Positions 9,820 through 18,496 of a stretch of 64,000 bases of DNA are shown here, one piece after another. The notes below the pieces were generated by a model. That model worked only from the letters and a program-made list of their open reading frames with translations. It did no database searches and was not told the DNA's origin. A program made the position numbers and the translations under genes. Each line of letters begins with the position of its first letter. Position 1 is the first letter of the stretch. Location: positions 7,891 through 71,890 of the forward strand of contig JAGWWK010000002.1 in NCBI GenBank assembly GCA_018970425.1, read 5' to 3'. This DNA is from Patescibacteria group bacterium (lineage in GTDB: Bacteria; Patescibacteriota; Minisyncoccia; Phycocordibacterales; Phycocordibacteraceae).

Positions 9820-9913
9820 CCGAGAGAAGAGAGTGAGACGCTTGCGTACTCACTCTTGGACGAGGTGACGGAGTATGTGTCTCATACTCCCGGCACCGAG
9901 AGAAGAGAGTGAG
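9810..9913 (+). repeat. Two exact 28-nt direct repeats (actcccggcaccgagagaagagagtgag at 9810-9837 and 9886-9913). The first includes the last 10 nt of tRNA-Phe; the 48-nt spacer is rich in hairpins
   Basis: Exact repeat read directly; stem-loops gagtgag/ctcactc, ggagtat/atactcc and agagagt/actctct. Confidence 0.85.
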
Positions 9914-9937
9914 GCGCCTTAATGAATTACTCTCTGA

Positions 9938-10237
9938 TTACGGCTGTATGCCGAAGTCTCTTAACAAATCCCAAATTCCGCTGACTTGGCTTTCAATATT
10001 TTTTGCCTCAGACTGGAGCGACGCTCCGGTCTCTTGTACGGCACGGTACTGCGCCTGCGCGGCCGTCAGGTAGGGCTCGAGGTACAACCACGAGACCGCG
10101 GGTACGACAACGAGTAACACGACCCACCACACGAACGTGATAACAGAGTGAATAAATGCGGAACGCCGCTGACTGCGGAGCATTGCATTATTTTCTCGCA
10201 CTAGCTGATACATTTCTTCAAGTTTTCTTTCATCCAT
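9938..10237 (-). CDS. Hypothetical membrane protein (99 aa, one TM)
   Basis: ORF with a TATACT box 6 nt upstream of the ATG; central hydrophobic helix. Confidence 0.5.
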   Translation of the reverse strand: MDERKLEEMYQLVRENNAMLRSQRRSAFIHSVITFVWWVVLLVVVPAVSWLYLEPYLTAAQAQYRAVQETGASLQSEAKNIESQVSGIWDLLRDFGIQP

Positions 10238-10262
10238 GAACGTAGTATAGCCGAAAAAATGG

Positions 10263-10334
10263 TGCCCTCAGCAGGAATTGAACCTACATCTTCTCCTTAG
10301 GACGGAGCTGCTCTATCCGTTGAGCTATGAGGGC
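10263..10334 (-). tRNA. tRNA-Arg (anticodon CCT, tentative)
   Basis: Reverse complement gccctcatagctcaacggatagagc...loop gtCCTaa...gtaggttcaattcctgctgagggca; one mismatch in the anticodon stem. Confidence 0.7.
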
Positions 10335-10395
10335 CTGGGGCCCCGACAAGCGTAGCTTATGAGGGCGTACCTCGATAGTACACCACTCAGGGCGT

Positions 10396-10421
10396 AGCAA
10401 AAACCCCGCGTGAGCGGGGTG
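10396..10421 (-). terminator. Intrinsic terminator downstream of the nrdH-like gene
   Basis: ccccgcgtgagcgggg hairpin followed by a T-run on the minus strand. Confidence 0.6.
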
Positions 10422-10425
10422 TGCG

Positions 10426-10680
10426 CTACTCCTTAATGCCGAGAAGTTCGGCCAGCTTTGGCTTATCAAAGCCAATCACGATGTCGTCGCCAATCCGGAT
10501 TACCGGTACCCCCATCTGGCCAGTGAGGTCAATCATTTCTTGACGCTTCTCGAAGTTAGATGAAACGTCATAGTTTGTGAACGGTATGTTGTGCTTCGTA
10601 AAGTAATCCTTCGACAGTGCGCAAAAGTGGCATGTCGGGGTTGAATAGATGACGACTTCTTTAGGTGTAGAGGTGTCCAT
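10426..10680 (-). CDS. Glutaredoxin-like protein (NrdH/Grx family)
   Basis: CHFC active site in a thioredoxin-fold-sized protein (84 aa). Confidence 0.8.
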   Translation of the reverse strand: MDTSTPKEVVIYSTPTCHFCALSKDYFTKHNIPFTNYDVSSNFEKRQEMIDLTGQMGVPVIRIGDDIVIGFDKPKLAELLGIKE

Positions 10681-10746
10681 GAATATGTGTAATTACTTTG
10701 CTATTATAGCATAGCCGCATACCAGCGTTGCGGTCGGAATATTTGT

Positions 10747-10817
10747 GCAGGATTAGTTTAGTGGCAGAATGACTGCTTCCCAAGCAGTAGGCACGAGTTC
10801 GATTCTCGTATCCTGCA
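10747..10817 (+). tRNA. tRNA-Gly (anticodon CCC)
   Basis: gcaggattagtttagtggcagaatgactgc-ttCCCaa-gcagtaggcacgagttcgattctcgtatcctgca. Confidence 0.8.
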
Positions 10818-10863
10818 CAAATCCTCTGTACCGACTCCTAGGGTCCCACGGCCCAGCTCTCTC

Positions 10864-11238
10864 TTACCAGAAAGGTATGAGTGCGCGGAGGCGTTCCCAT
10901 ACGGTAGCAGGGGCTTCGGGCTCTGGAGCCACGCTGTCGGCCTTAACAAATATAAACTCGACTTCCCCATTTTTGACCCATGGGTAGGTAGAGCGAATGT
11001 GCTCCTCTACCCCTCGCTCAGTTTTGAGCGCAGCAAGCTTATCCTTGAGAACCGCCACTCGCTCAGCAAGCTCGGCACGGGTCGACTCTGCTTCGATTCG
11101 CTCCGCCCGCACCACGCTCAGCGTGCCGAATACGCGATAGGTCGAAATGAGGAGCGCGGACGCAAGGAGGACAAGTACAATAGCGAGCGCCCACATAAGG
11201 ACTCGCTGTACCTGCCGAACAGTCCGCTTTGTCGCCAT
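10864..11238 (-). CDS. Septum-formation initiator family protein (FtsB/DivIC-like)
   Basis: N-terminal TM helix followed by a coiled-coil-like region; TATACT box 9 nt upstream of the ATG at 11238. Confidence 0.5.
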   Translation of the reverse strand: MATKRTVRQVQRVLMWALAIVLVLLASALLISTYRVFGTLSVVRAERIEAESTRAELAERVAVLKDKLAALKTERGVEEHIRSTYPWVKNGEVEFIFVKADSVAPEPEAPATVWERLRALIPFW

Positions 11239-11273
11239 AGCCAAAGTATAGTATGTACTGTATACTCTCATCC

Positions 11274-11381
11274 ATGTTATTCGACAAGAAAACGAAAGGG
11301 ATTATCCGAATATTCTGGATTATCACATCCATCCTCGTGATCGTCTCAATGGTGGCCCTCTCGATCCCGTTCGGCTATTAA
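11274..11381 (+). CDS. Candidate 35-aa hydrophobic micropeptide (MLFDKKTKGIIRIFWIITSILVIVSMVALSIPFGY)
   Basis: ATG ORF with a TATACT box 9 nt upstream; a single TM helix; absent from the >=60-aa ORF track. Confidence 0.3.
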   Translation: MLFDKKTKGIIRIFWIITSILVIVSMVALSIPFGY

Positions 11382-11394
11382 GCGCACCTACACT

Positions 11395-11688
11395 ATGGGT
11401 ATTCAAGACGATGATGCAGAGGCGATTCTCTGGGGAATGTACCGGGTATCAGAAATCGGTAGAAACCTATGTTTTTCTATTCTTATAGGACTCGGTGGGT
11501 ATGGAGCTCTCGATGCACTTGATATCAGTCCTTTTGAATTAGCGTGGACGGACTACACCCTTGGGGGTCTCGTCCTATCTATAGCTACGGTACTTCTGCA
11601 TCAATTTTCAAAAAAGACATATCAAAGCCAGCAAGAAGTAAGTGTCCGATCGATGGACGACCAATACTCTGACTCACAGAAACATTAA
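11395..11688 (+). CDS. Hypothetical membrane protein (97 aa, two TM)
   Basis: ORF with two hydrophobic helices. Confidence 0.4.
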   Translation: MGIQDDDAEAILWGMYRVSEIGRNLCFSILIGLGGYGALDALDISPFELAWTDYTLGGLVLSIATVLLHQFSKKTYQSQQEVSVRSMDDQYSDSQKH

Positions 11689-13466
11689 TCTTCACTCGGC
11701 TTAATTAGTTTAAGAAAGACTTCCTGTGGGATGTGCATGCGATTGCCGCCAAGTTCGCCGCGGCGCTCTTTTCCTTTCTTTTGCTTCTCGAGCAATTTCA
11801 TTTTTCGCGTTACGTCACCGCCATACAGGTAGCCCGTCACGTCTTTTCTCAGCGCGCTTATCGACTCACTTGCAACAATCCGCCCGTCAGCGCGTGCCTG
11901 GATCTTCACCACAAACTGTTGCCGCGGTAGCTCTTTCTTAAGTCGCTCAACCAGAGAGCGCGCCTCTCCTTCTAACCTGCGGCGAGACAATATGCGCGAA
12001 AGCGCCGGCACCTCCTCCTCCGCTACCAACACATCGAGCCGTACCACGTCTGCTGACTGCCAGCCGGTCAGGTCGTATGAGAGCGACGCGTAGCCACTCG
12101 TCGCACTTTTCAATGAATCGAAAAAACCGTGCATCAGCTCGCGAAGCGGCATGTGTACCGTGAGGCGCATACGCGAGAGATACATTTCCGTAGTTTGTAT
12201 TACTCCCTCGTGCTCGTAGAGAAGTTGCGTGACCGGTGACAGATATTCGACCGGCGTCATGATGGTGAGCGTCGTCACCTGCTCAGTTACTGACTCGATT
12301 GATCCATCATTTGGAAATTGCGATGCTGACCTCGCATACAATGCGCCCTTCTTTGTCGTCACTTCGTATGTAATCGAAGGCGCGGTAATGACTGGCACTA
12401 CCCCGTGCTCTCGTTTGAGCCGCTCCGTTACGATCTCCATGTGGAGCATGCCCAAAAAGCCAGTGCGGAACCCTTTTCCAAGCGTGAGCGATCCTTCCTC
12501 TTCAAACGACAATGCGGAGTCCGAGAGTTTGAGACGGTACAGTGCGTGCTTGAGGAGCGTAAAGTCGTCTTGTGACTCCGGATACAGTGATGCCCAAACT
12601 ACTGGTTTTGGCACCTCGTATCCGGGGAGCGCGCTACCATTTTTTTGTGCCAGCGTATCGCCAACAATCCCCTGCGATGCCTCGCGAAGTCCGGTAACAA
12701 CGTACCCGATATCTCCTGCTACGAGCGCTTCCGCCTTGCGTTCGTGTGGCACCACATGGCCAAGCTCAAGGAGTGTTGAAGATGCTCCTGCGGAGACGAG
12801 CGTAGCGCGTTCACGTGGCGTCAGTACGCCGTCCATCACACGGACGTACGCCACTATGCCGCGGTGTTCTGAAAATGAGTAGTCAAACACGAGAGCTCGT
12901 GTCCCCGGTCCTCCCTTCGGTACTGGAGCCGGAATGCGGGTAACAATCGCGTCAAGAAGCTCAGGCACACCCGCTCCAGTCCTGCCGGATACATGCATTA
13001 TGTCGTCGAGCTCAACCCCGAGGAGTTCAACCATTTCAATCGAGATATCATCGACGCGCGCGAGAGGAGAGTCAATCTTTGTTATGACCGGCAGAATGGC
13101 GCATCCCGCTTCTCGAGCCATGTGCAAGACCGCCAGGGTTTGGGCTTGGACGCCCTGCGTCGCGTCAACAAGGAGGAGCACGCCCTCCACCGCAGTAAGC
13201 GCGCGTGACACCTCATACGCGAAGTCAATGTGTCCAGGCGTATCAATAAGATTGAAAACATGCGGAACACCATTTGCACTCCACTCCATGCGGACTGGCT
13301 GCATCTTGATGGTGATACCCCGCTCACGTTCAAGGTCCATCGCATCAAGGACCTGAGCGCGCATCTTCCGCGCTTCGATAGTCTTTGTAACCTCAAGCAT
13401 ACGGTCCGCAAGCGTCGACTTACCATGGTCGATGTGCGCTATGATTGAAAAATTTCGTATGTTCAT
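11685..13466 (-). CDS. lepA: Elongation factor 4 (LepA)
   Basis: MNIRNFSIIAHIDHGKSTLADR G-domain and the LepA C-terminal domain. Confidence 0.95.
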   Translation of the reverse strand: MNIRNFSIIAHIDHGKSTLADRMLEVTKTIEARKMRAQVLDAMDLERERGITIKMQPVRMEWSANGVPHVFNLIDTPGHIDFAYEVSRALTAVEGVLLLVDATQGVQAQTLAVLHMAREAGCAILPVITKIDSPLARVDDISIEMVELLGVELDDIMHVSGRTGAGVPELLDAIVTRIPAPVPKGGPGTRALVFDYSFSEHRGIVAYVRVMDGVLTPRERATLVSAGASSTLLELGHVVPHERKAEALVAGDIGYVVTGLREASQGIVGDTLAQKNGSALPGYEVPKPVVWASLYPESQDDFTLLKHALYRLKLSDSALSFEEEGSLTLGKGFRTGFLGMLHMEIVTERLKREHGVVPVITAPSITYEVTTKKGALYARSASQFPNDGSIESVTEQVTTLTIMTPVEYLSPVTQLLYEHEGVIQTTEMYLSRMRLTVHMPLRELMHGFFDSLKSATSGYASLSYDLTGWQSADVVRLDVLVAEEEVPALSRILSRRRLEGEARSLVERLKKELPRQQFVVKIQARADGRIVASESISALRKDVTGYLYGGDVTRKMKLLEKQKKGKERRGELGGNRMHIPQEVFLKLIKPSED

Positions 13467-15088
13467 CGTAAGAATCGGGCTGTAACGAGTGCGGTAATAT
13501 CGCGCAGTTCCGCGCTCTTCAGGAGTACGAGTACCGCAATCCAGAGGACGAGCCCTGCGGCTCCCGCGGTAACCCCTTGAGCGAAGATACCTAAAAAGGT
13601 GTTCGTTGGCAACAAGGGGCCAAACGCGTTGAGCGCAAGGTACGCCGCGGCGGCTCCTGCAACTGACGCAGCAAATGACGTTCCAAACGCGCGAGCCGCA
13701 ACACTGCTCCCGCCGTAACGGATCACAAACAGGCCGACATAGACAAGCGCGGCCAGAATCATTGCAGCTGAAAAAGCCGCAGGAAGAACTAAGACCTCCG
13801 TGCCTGGCACATCACTCACGCGTAGCAGTGCCTCAAGGAAGTAGAGCATGACAGGATACGCGCCAACAACGTGAATTGAGAGAAACGCGAGCCCTGCCGC
13901 ACCAAGTGCGCTCGCAAACGCAATACATACGGGTGCAAGTGACGCGTGAGCGGCATAATATGCTCGCGAAAACGCAAGGAGGAGTGCCTGCGCGAGGAGT
14001 GACACGACAAACAACGCGAGCATTGCGGCAGTGAGTCGCGTATCATCCCAAGAAAACGCTCCCGATCCTAAGACCACTCGGACGATGTGTGCTCGGAGCA
14101 CAATAATGAGCATAGTTGCAGGAAGCAGCCAAAATACAAGGTGTCGCACCGCAACCCAGACCTCTCGCGCGTACTCGCCCCACTCCGCACGATGCGCATG
14201 CCCGGCAAGCGCAGGAAACAGTGCAGATGCATACGAGAGCCCAATAACGGTAAGTGCGACTGACTGCAGGTTGAACGCGAAACTGAGCGCGGCTACTGAC
14301 CCGACCGCGATTTGAGATGCAAGTGCCGCAAATGCTACCAAGAGGAGTTGCGTTGAAAAAAGCGTGAGCGACCGCGGTACTGATGGCGTAATGACTGAAT
14401 GTGTAAATTCACTAACTGAAAGCCCTCCTGATGCGCCCTGCCCTCTCATAACCGGCCCGATCTGTACCCCGAGGTGGAGCGCTGCACCCAAGACCACTCC
14501 CCACGCGAGTCCTGCCATGCCAAATGTCGGAAAGAGGAACATAGCACCCGCAATGATACCGAGGTTATACAAAGCCGGTGCTAATGCGAAAAGCGCAAAG
14601 CGCCGTTCACTCTGCACGTATGACGCGAGGATGGAGGAAATACCGAGGAGAATCGGCTGAATAAGGAGAATACGCGCGAGAGATGCAGTTTCCTCTAGCG
14701 CCGCAGCACTGAAGCCAGGCGCAAGAAGCGGCACCAGGAGATCTAAGGAGAGCATAAGCACGAGTGCGATAGGCACTGCCGCCACTCCGAAATAGAACAC
14801 CAGTGATCGGAGGGCACCTAAACGCTCACTTGGACTCCTGCGCGAGAAAAGCGGCACAAGTACAAACGACGACACCACGAGCGTAAACACAGCGAACGCG
14901 ACATCAGGTACACGGAATGCTGCAAAGTAGATGTCGAGCTCTGGACCTGCGCCAAACAGGTGCGCGAAGGTGCGGTCTCGCAACAGTGCAAGCACTTGTG
15001 AGACGAGTGAGAACGCTGCTAAGAGATACGCGGCCTCATGGAGGCCGCGTATTTCTCTATCCATACGCGCAAGGAACGTTCGAACCAT
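13463..15088 (-). CDS. murJ: Lipid II flippase MurJ/MviN
   Basis: MurJ N-terminal signature (ASQVLALLRDRTFAHLFGAGPELDIYFAAFRVPD) and 14 TM helices. Confidence 0.85.
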   Translation of the reverse strand: MVRTFLARMDREIRGLHEAAYLLAAFSLVSQVLALLRDRTFAHLFGAGPELDIYFAAFRVPDVAFAVFTLVVSSFVLVPLFSRRSPSERLGALRSLVFYFGVAAVPIALVLMLSLDLLVPLLAPGFSAAALEETASLARILLIQPILLGISSILASYVQSERRFALFALAPALYNLGIIAGAMFLFPTFGMAGLAWGVVLGAALHLGVQIGPVMRGQGASGGLSVSEFTHSVITPSVPRSLTLFSTQLLLVAFAALASQIAVGSVAALSFAFNLQSVALTVIGLSYASALFPALAGHAHRAEWGEYAREVWVAVRHLVFWLLPATMLIIVLRAHIVRVVLGSGAFSWDDTRLTAAMLALFVVSLLAQALLLAFSRAYYAAHASLAPVCIAFASALGAAGLAFLSIHVVGAYPVMLYFLEALLRVSDVPGTEVLVLPAAFSAAMILAALVYVGLFVIRYGGSSVAARAFGTSFAASVAGAAAAYLALNAFGPLLPTNTFLGIFAQGVTAGAAGLVLWIAVLVLLKSAELRDITALVTARFLR

Positions 15089-15091
15089 TGA

Positions 15092-17359
15092 CTAGCGTCT
15101 CGGCGCAAACGGGTTTTTACCGGCGCGGAGACCGGTAATAATCCCGGCGACTTCCTCATTATCTGGATTCAGGCGCTGTACTTCGACAAACTCTGGAATG
15201 GCGAGCTCATACTGATTTTTAACCACATAGGTGCGTCCTAGGTAGAATCGCGCATTCGCGTACTCCGGAGCGATCGCTACCGCGCGTAGAAATGATTCAA
15301 GCGCGGCATCATATCGGCGTGCCTCAAACTTAAGCACTCCCGCCTGGAACTGAAGAACCGCGTTTGACGGCTCGAAGAGTGCTGCTGCCTCTGCTCGCTC
15401 TATGGCCTTATCAAGGTTGCCAGAGTTCAGCTCAAGCTGTGCAAGAGAGTTAAGCGCGGGAATAAAGTCACGCTTCAAGGCAATCGACTCCTCGAGGAAT
15501 GCGCGCGCTTCGGCCGTCTTCCCCTGCGATGCCTCAAGCTGCGCAAGCGTTAGAGGTAGAGTCGGCATGCCAGGGTTTAATGTTCGCGCTTTCACCATCG
15601 CATTTACTGCCGCCTCGTACGAACCGTCTACTTTGAGCGGGACGACTGCCTGATAGGTAGCGCTCAATGTCGTCCAGTTGCGATAGTTGGTCTCGTTCAT
15701 TCGAACCGCGGAGAGCGCTGCTTCAACGGCGGACCCAAGCTCGCGTTGGAATGCCTCTTGAGAGCGCGTATCACTACCCGCGGACGCGATAATCGTGTTG
15801 AGCTTCGCGAGATGAATAAACGCGGCTAGACGGAATGCTTCATCAGTCGGATTGAGTGTAACCGCGCTCCGCACACGCTCAAGGCCGAGGTCAAAATTTC
15901 CCTCAACTTGTGCCGCCCGAGATGCCTCCTCAGCCGCCTGCGCAGCTGCGTAGACAACACCGACGCCGTAAACAGTAAGTACCGACGCAACGAGCGCAAA
16001 CGCGAGTCCAAGTACCGCCACGAACCCGACGCGAGGACGCTCGCGAAAGTCAACGGAGAACACTGGTCCAAGAGACGCGCGGTGCTGGAGCGCCGCATAC
16101 ATACCGATGAGTGCGAAGCCGATAAATGCGACCTGCGGAGATGGTAAGTAAAGAACCGCCATCGCGAGGGTATACAGACCGCCGTAGAACGTGAGCACCA
16201 TGAGCTGATACGTCTGCGGATCATGTGCTGTACGCGAGAGAAGACCTCGTACTCCCACAAAGAGAAATGCCCCAATAAGGAGGAGCCATGCCAGCGTACC
16301 AATAAGACCCGTGGTCACAATTGACGTAGGAATAAGTCCGACTCCTGCGGTAAAGTCGGCGTTCCAGAAGATGCTCTGATTTACCTCAAGAGGGCGATAC
16401 AGATCCCACTGAGTTGCAAACAAGTTTGGCCCCGCGCCGGTCAGCGGGTTACTCGCTAGAGCTCCCTGCGCTATCGCAAACGTTGATGTCCACGCTGGTC
16501 GCGCTTCTACGTGCTCAAGACCAAACGCGCGGCTCATACTTCCGCCAATCGATCCCGCAAAGAGCACCGCGACAGTTGCAAGCACGAAGACAATCGTTGC
16601 CGCGATAGAGAATGTGGACTGTTCTTTAGGCTCAAGAACGAGCTTGTATATAAGGACACCAAGCGCGACAAGGCCGAGTGCAACCCATGCCGGTGTGAAG
16701 TTAACAAGCGTCACGAAAAATACGGAAGCGACGAGTGTCGTGAGTACCGCGTACCACTCTCGGCCCTTGAGCGTAAACGACTCGAGCGCGATAAGTGCCA
16801 TACCGCCCATGAGACCAAAAAAGATTGCGAGATCGGTCCACTTGCCGAGCGGGGTAAAGAGCGGGTTGGTCATTACTCCAAACGAAGTAAGATCAGTTCC
16901 AAGAACGAGTCGGATGAGATGAAAGAGCGCTACAACTCCAGAGACTGCGACGAGTACCGTGAGAGCCATGCGCACATCCGCCTTGCTGTCTGACACCGCA
17001 AACGGCACAGTGACAGAGAGCGCGAGCATTGCCGCGAAGAATACTGTATCTCCATCGAGCCCGCTTCCGACAAGCGACCACATAAATGACGGACCTAGGA
17101 GCGCCGATGCGAGGTACGCAAGCGGTAAGAGCCACGCAGCTCCAATAACAAACGAAAGCGGAATACTGATAGATCCGCGCTTTAATGAGTACAAAATAGC
17201 GAGTACAGAAGCACCAATCAGCGCGACAGTTGCGATGGTCATCTTCAGTGCAGGTATGGGCACCGTGTACGAGACAATAAAAATAGTTGGTACTAAAAAG
17301 AGTCCCGCAAGGTAGATACGATTTGCGGCATTAGATATGAATGAATGTACTGATGACAT
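15092..17359 (-). CDS. Large polytopic membrane protein (O-antigen ligase/polymerase-like) with a C-terminal TPR-repeat domain
   Basis: About 12 TM helices followed by TPR-like repeats (AYQ...LNPGMP, LKRDFIPALNSLAQLE). Confidence 0.6.
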   Translation of the reverse strand: MSSVHSFISNAANRIYLAGLFLVPTIFIVSYTVPIPALKMTIATVALIGASVLAILYSLKRGSISIPLSFVIGAAWLLPLAYLASALLGPSFMWSLVGSGLDGDTVFFAAMLALSVTVPFAVSDSKADVRMALTVLVAVSGVVALFHLIRLVLGTDLTSFGVMTNPLFTPLGKWTDLAIFFGLMGGMALIALESFTLKGREWYAVLTTLVASVFFVTLVNFTPAWVALGLVALGVLIYKLVLEPKEQSTFSIAATIVFVLATVAVLFAGSIGGSMSRAFGLEHVEARPAWTSTFAIAQGALASNPLTGAGPNLFATQWDLYRPLEVNQSIFWNADFTAGVGLIPTSIVTTGLIGTLAWLLLIGAFLFVGVRGLLSRTAHDPQTYQLMVLTFYGGLYTLAMAVLYLPSPQVAFIGFALIGMYAALQHRASLGPVFSVDFRERPRVGFVAVLGLAFALVASVLTVYGVGVVYAAAQAAEEASRAAQVEGNFDLGLERVRSAVTLNPTDEAFRLAAFIHLAKLNTIIASAGSDTRSQEAFQRELGSAVEAALSAVRMNETNYRNWTTLSATYQAVVPLKVDGSYEAAVNAMVKARTLNPGMPTLPLTLAQLEASQGKTAEARAFLEESIALKRDFIPALNSLAQLELNSGNLDKAIERAEAAALFEPSNAVLQFQAGVLKFEARRYDAALESFLRAVAIAPEYANARFYLGRTYVVKNQYELAIPEFVEVQRLNPDNEEVAGIITGLRAGKNPFAPRR

Positions 17360-17402
17360 ACTGCGGCTAAATTGATATATGCGCAGTATACCCTATCGCG
17401 TG

Positions 17403-17427
17403 AAAACCCCGCGGATGCGGGGTTTTC
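17403..17427 (-). terminator. Terminator hairpin (aaaaccccgcggatgcggggtttt) downstream of rnpB
   Basis: GC-rich hairpin with flanking A and T runs. Confidence 0.65.
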
Positions 17428-17433
17428 ACAACT

Positions 17434-17738
17434 GTGGGCTATGCGTCGGTAAGCCGAATTCTGTTGAGGACGTGAGTCCATGGGCAATCATGTATCTTGT
17501 CCGCATGTTGCCATACGGATCTTTGCGGCACTTCCCATTGCTGGGACACGGCCTTGCACCCTGGTAAGGATTTTGCACGTTTCAGCCGGACTTAACCGGG
17601 TCGTTTCTGTTCGCACCTCTCACCGCGCCCACGCGGTGTGCGGGCGTTACCCGCTACCTTTTTAACCTGCGCACCCTTTCGAGTGCCAAGTGAGTGTTCG
17701 GACTTTCCTCTCTCAAAGAGCGATTGCCTGACGCAGTT
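17434..17738 (-). ncRNA. rnpB: RNase P RNA, bacterial type A
   Basis: The minus-strand transcript carries GAGGAAAGUCCG (P4 5-prime strand), GGGUAACGCCCG, GCAAGGCC and ACAGAAUUCGGCUUA (P4 3-prime strand); P1 pairing GCGUC/GACGC. Confidence 0.85.
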
Positions 17739-17741
17739 CTG

Positions 17742-17768
17742 ATTATATCACAATAAATAACTTGTCAA
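17742..17768 (-). promoter_or_regulatory. Sigma70-like promoter of rnpB (-35 TTGACA, 15-nt spacer, -10 TATAAT)
   Basis: Read on the minus strand immediately upstream of the RNase P RNA 5-prime end. Confidence 0.55.
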
Positions 17769-17770
17769 AA

Positions 17771-17937
17771 GCGGAGGCGGAGAGATTCGCCCGCAACTCG
17801 CGTCCTGCGGGCCGCGGTCTGGGCACCGACTCACTCGCCTACGCTCGCTCCGTCGTTCTCATCTCTCCTTCTCTCGACATCAGTCCTTACCGAGACATGC
17901 TCGGCTCGGACTGCTGTTGCGGAGGCGGAGAGATTCG
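17771..17937 (-). repeat. 19-nt exact direct repeat (gcggaggcggagagattcg) at 17771-17789 and 17919-17937; the second copy is the 3-prime end of tRNA-Ser(GGA)
   Basis: Exact duplicate read directly; the two copies flank a 129-bp insert containing the hairpin ccgagcatgtctcgg. Confidence 0.8.
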
Positions 17938-18004
17938 AACTCTCGGAGGGTTTCCCCTCACACGCTTTCCAAGCGTGCGCACTAGACCGCTATGCGACGC
18001 CTCC
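17920..18004 (-). tRNA. tRNA-Ser (anticodon GGA), long variable arm
   Basis: Reverse complement ggaggcgtcgcatagcggtctagtgcgcacgc-ttGGAaa-gcgtgtgaggggaaaccctccgagagttcgaatctctccgcctccg. Confidence 0.85.
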
Positions 18005-18035
18005 GTGCATACACGTTATAGCACAATCGCGTTTT

Positions 18036-18305
18036 TTAAACGGATACTAGATCTGCCTTCTTTGGGTAGAGTTGGTTTATGAACCCGAGCATAAAAAGTA
18101 TCGGAAGTATTGCAGGGACAGTAGACGCATACTCACCCGCACGGACGTGCTCTGCAACGTTGAAAAATTCATACGAGATCCAACCAGTGCCAAGGAGAAT
18201 AACCATAGCGCACACATGGTGCGTACGTTGTTCGCGGGGGCCGTATGTATAGGTTATTTCTTCTTCCACTACTTCTTTTATCACGTGCCGTCTCTGTTCT
18301 GCCAT
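18036..18305 (-). CDS. Hypothetical small membrane protein (89 aa)
   Basis: ATG with an AGGAG Shine-Dalgarno 10 nt upstream; acidic N-terminus followed by two TM helices. Confidence 0.5.
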   Translation of the reverse strand: MAEQRRHVIKEVVEEEITYTYGPREQRTHHVCAMVILLGTGWISYEFFNVAEHVRAGEYASTVPAILPILFMLGFINQLYPKKADLVSV

Positions 18306-18496
18306 ACTTTTCTTACTCCTGTATGCACTGAAAAGTTTCATCGAACAACTCGTAGCGTGGTAGAGACGAATGGTAAACAAAAAAATCCGCAAATGCTTTT
18401 TTTGCGTAACCTCGCTTCTACGTTGAGTGTATGACTAGTGAAGGAACGGTGAGGTACCAACCGCCACTTCCTTACTAGCGTAGTTAAAAAAAAACT

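Noticed and set aside
9810-9913. CRISPR array consideration for the 28-nt direct repeats and for the 72-bp tandem repeats at 41360-41540
   Set aside because: There are only 2-2.5 copies, the repeats derive from or abut tRNA genes, spacer-like segments are hairpins, and there are no cas genes nearby.
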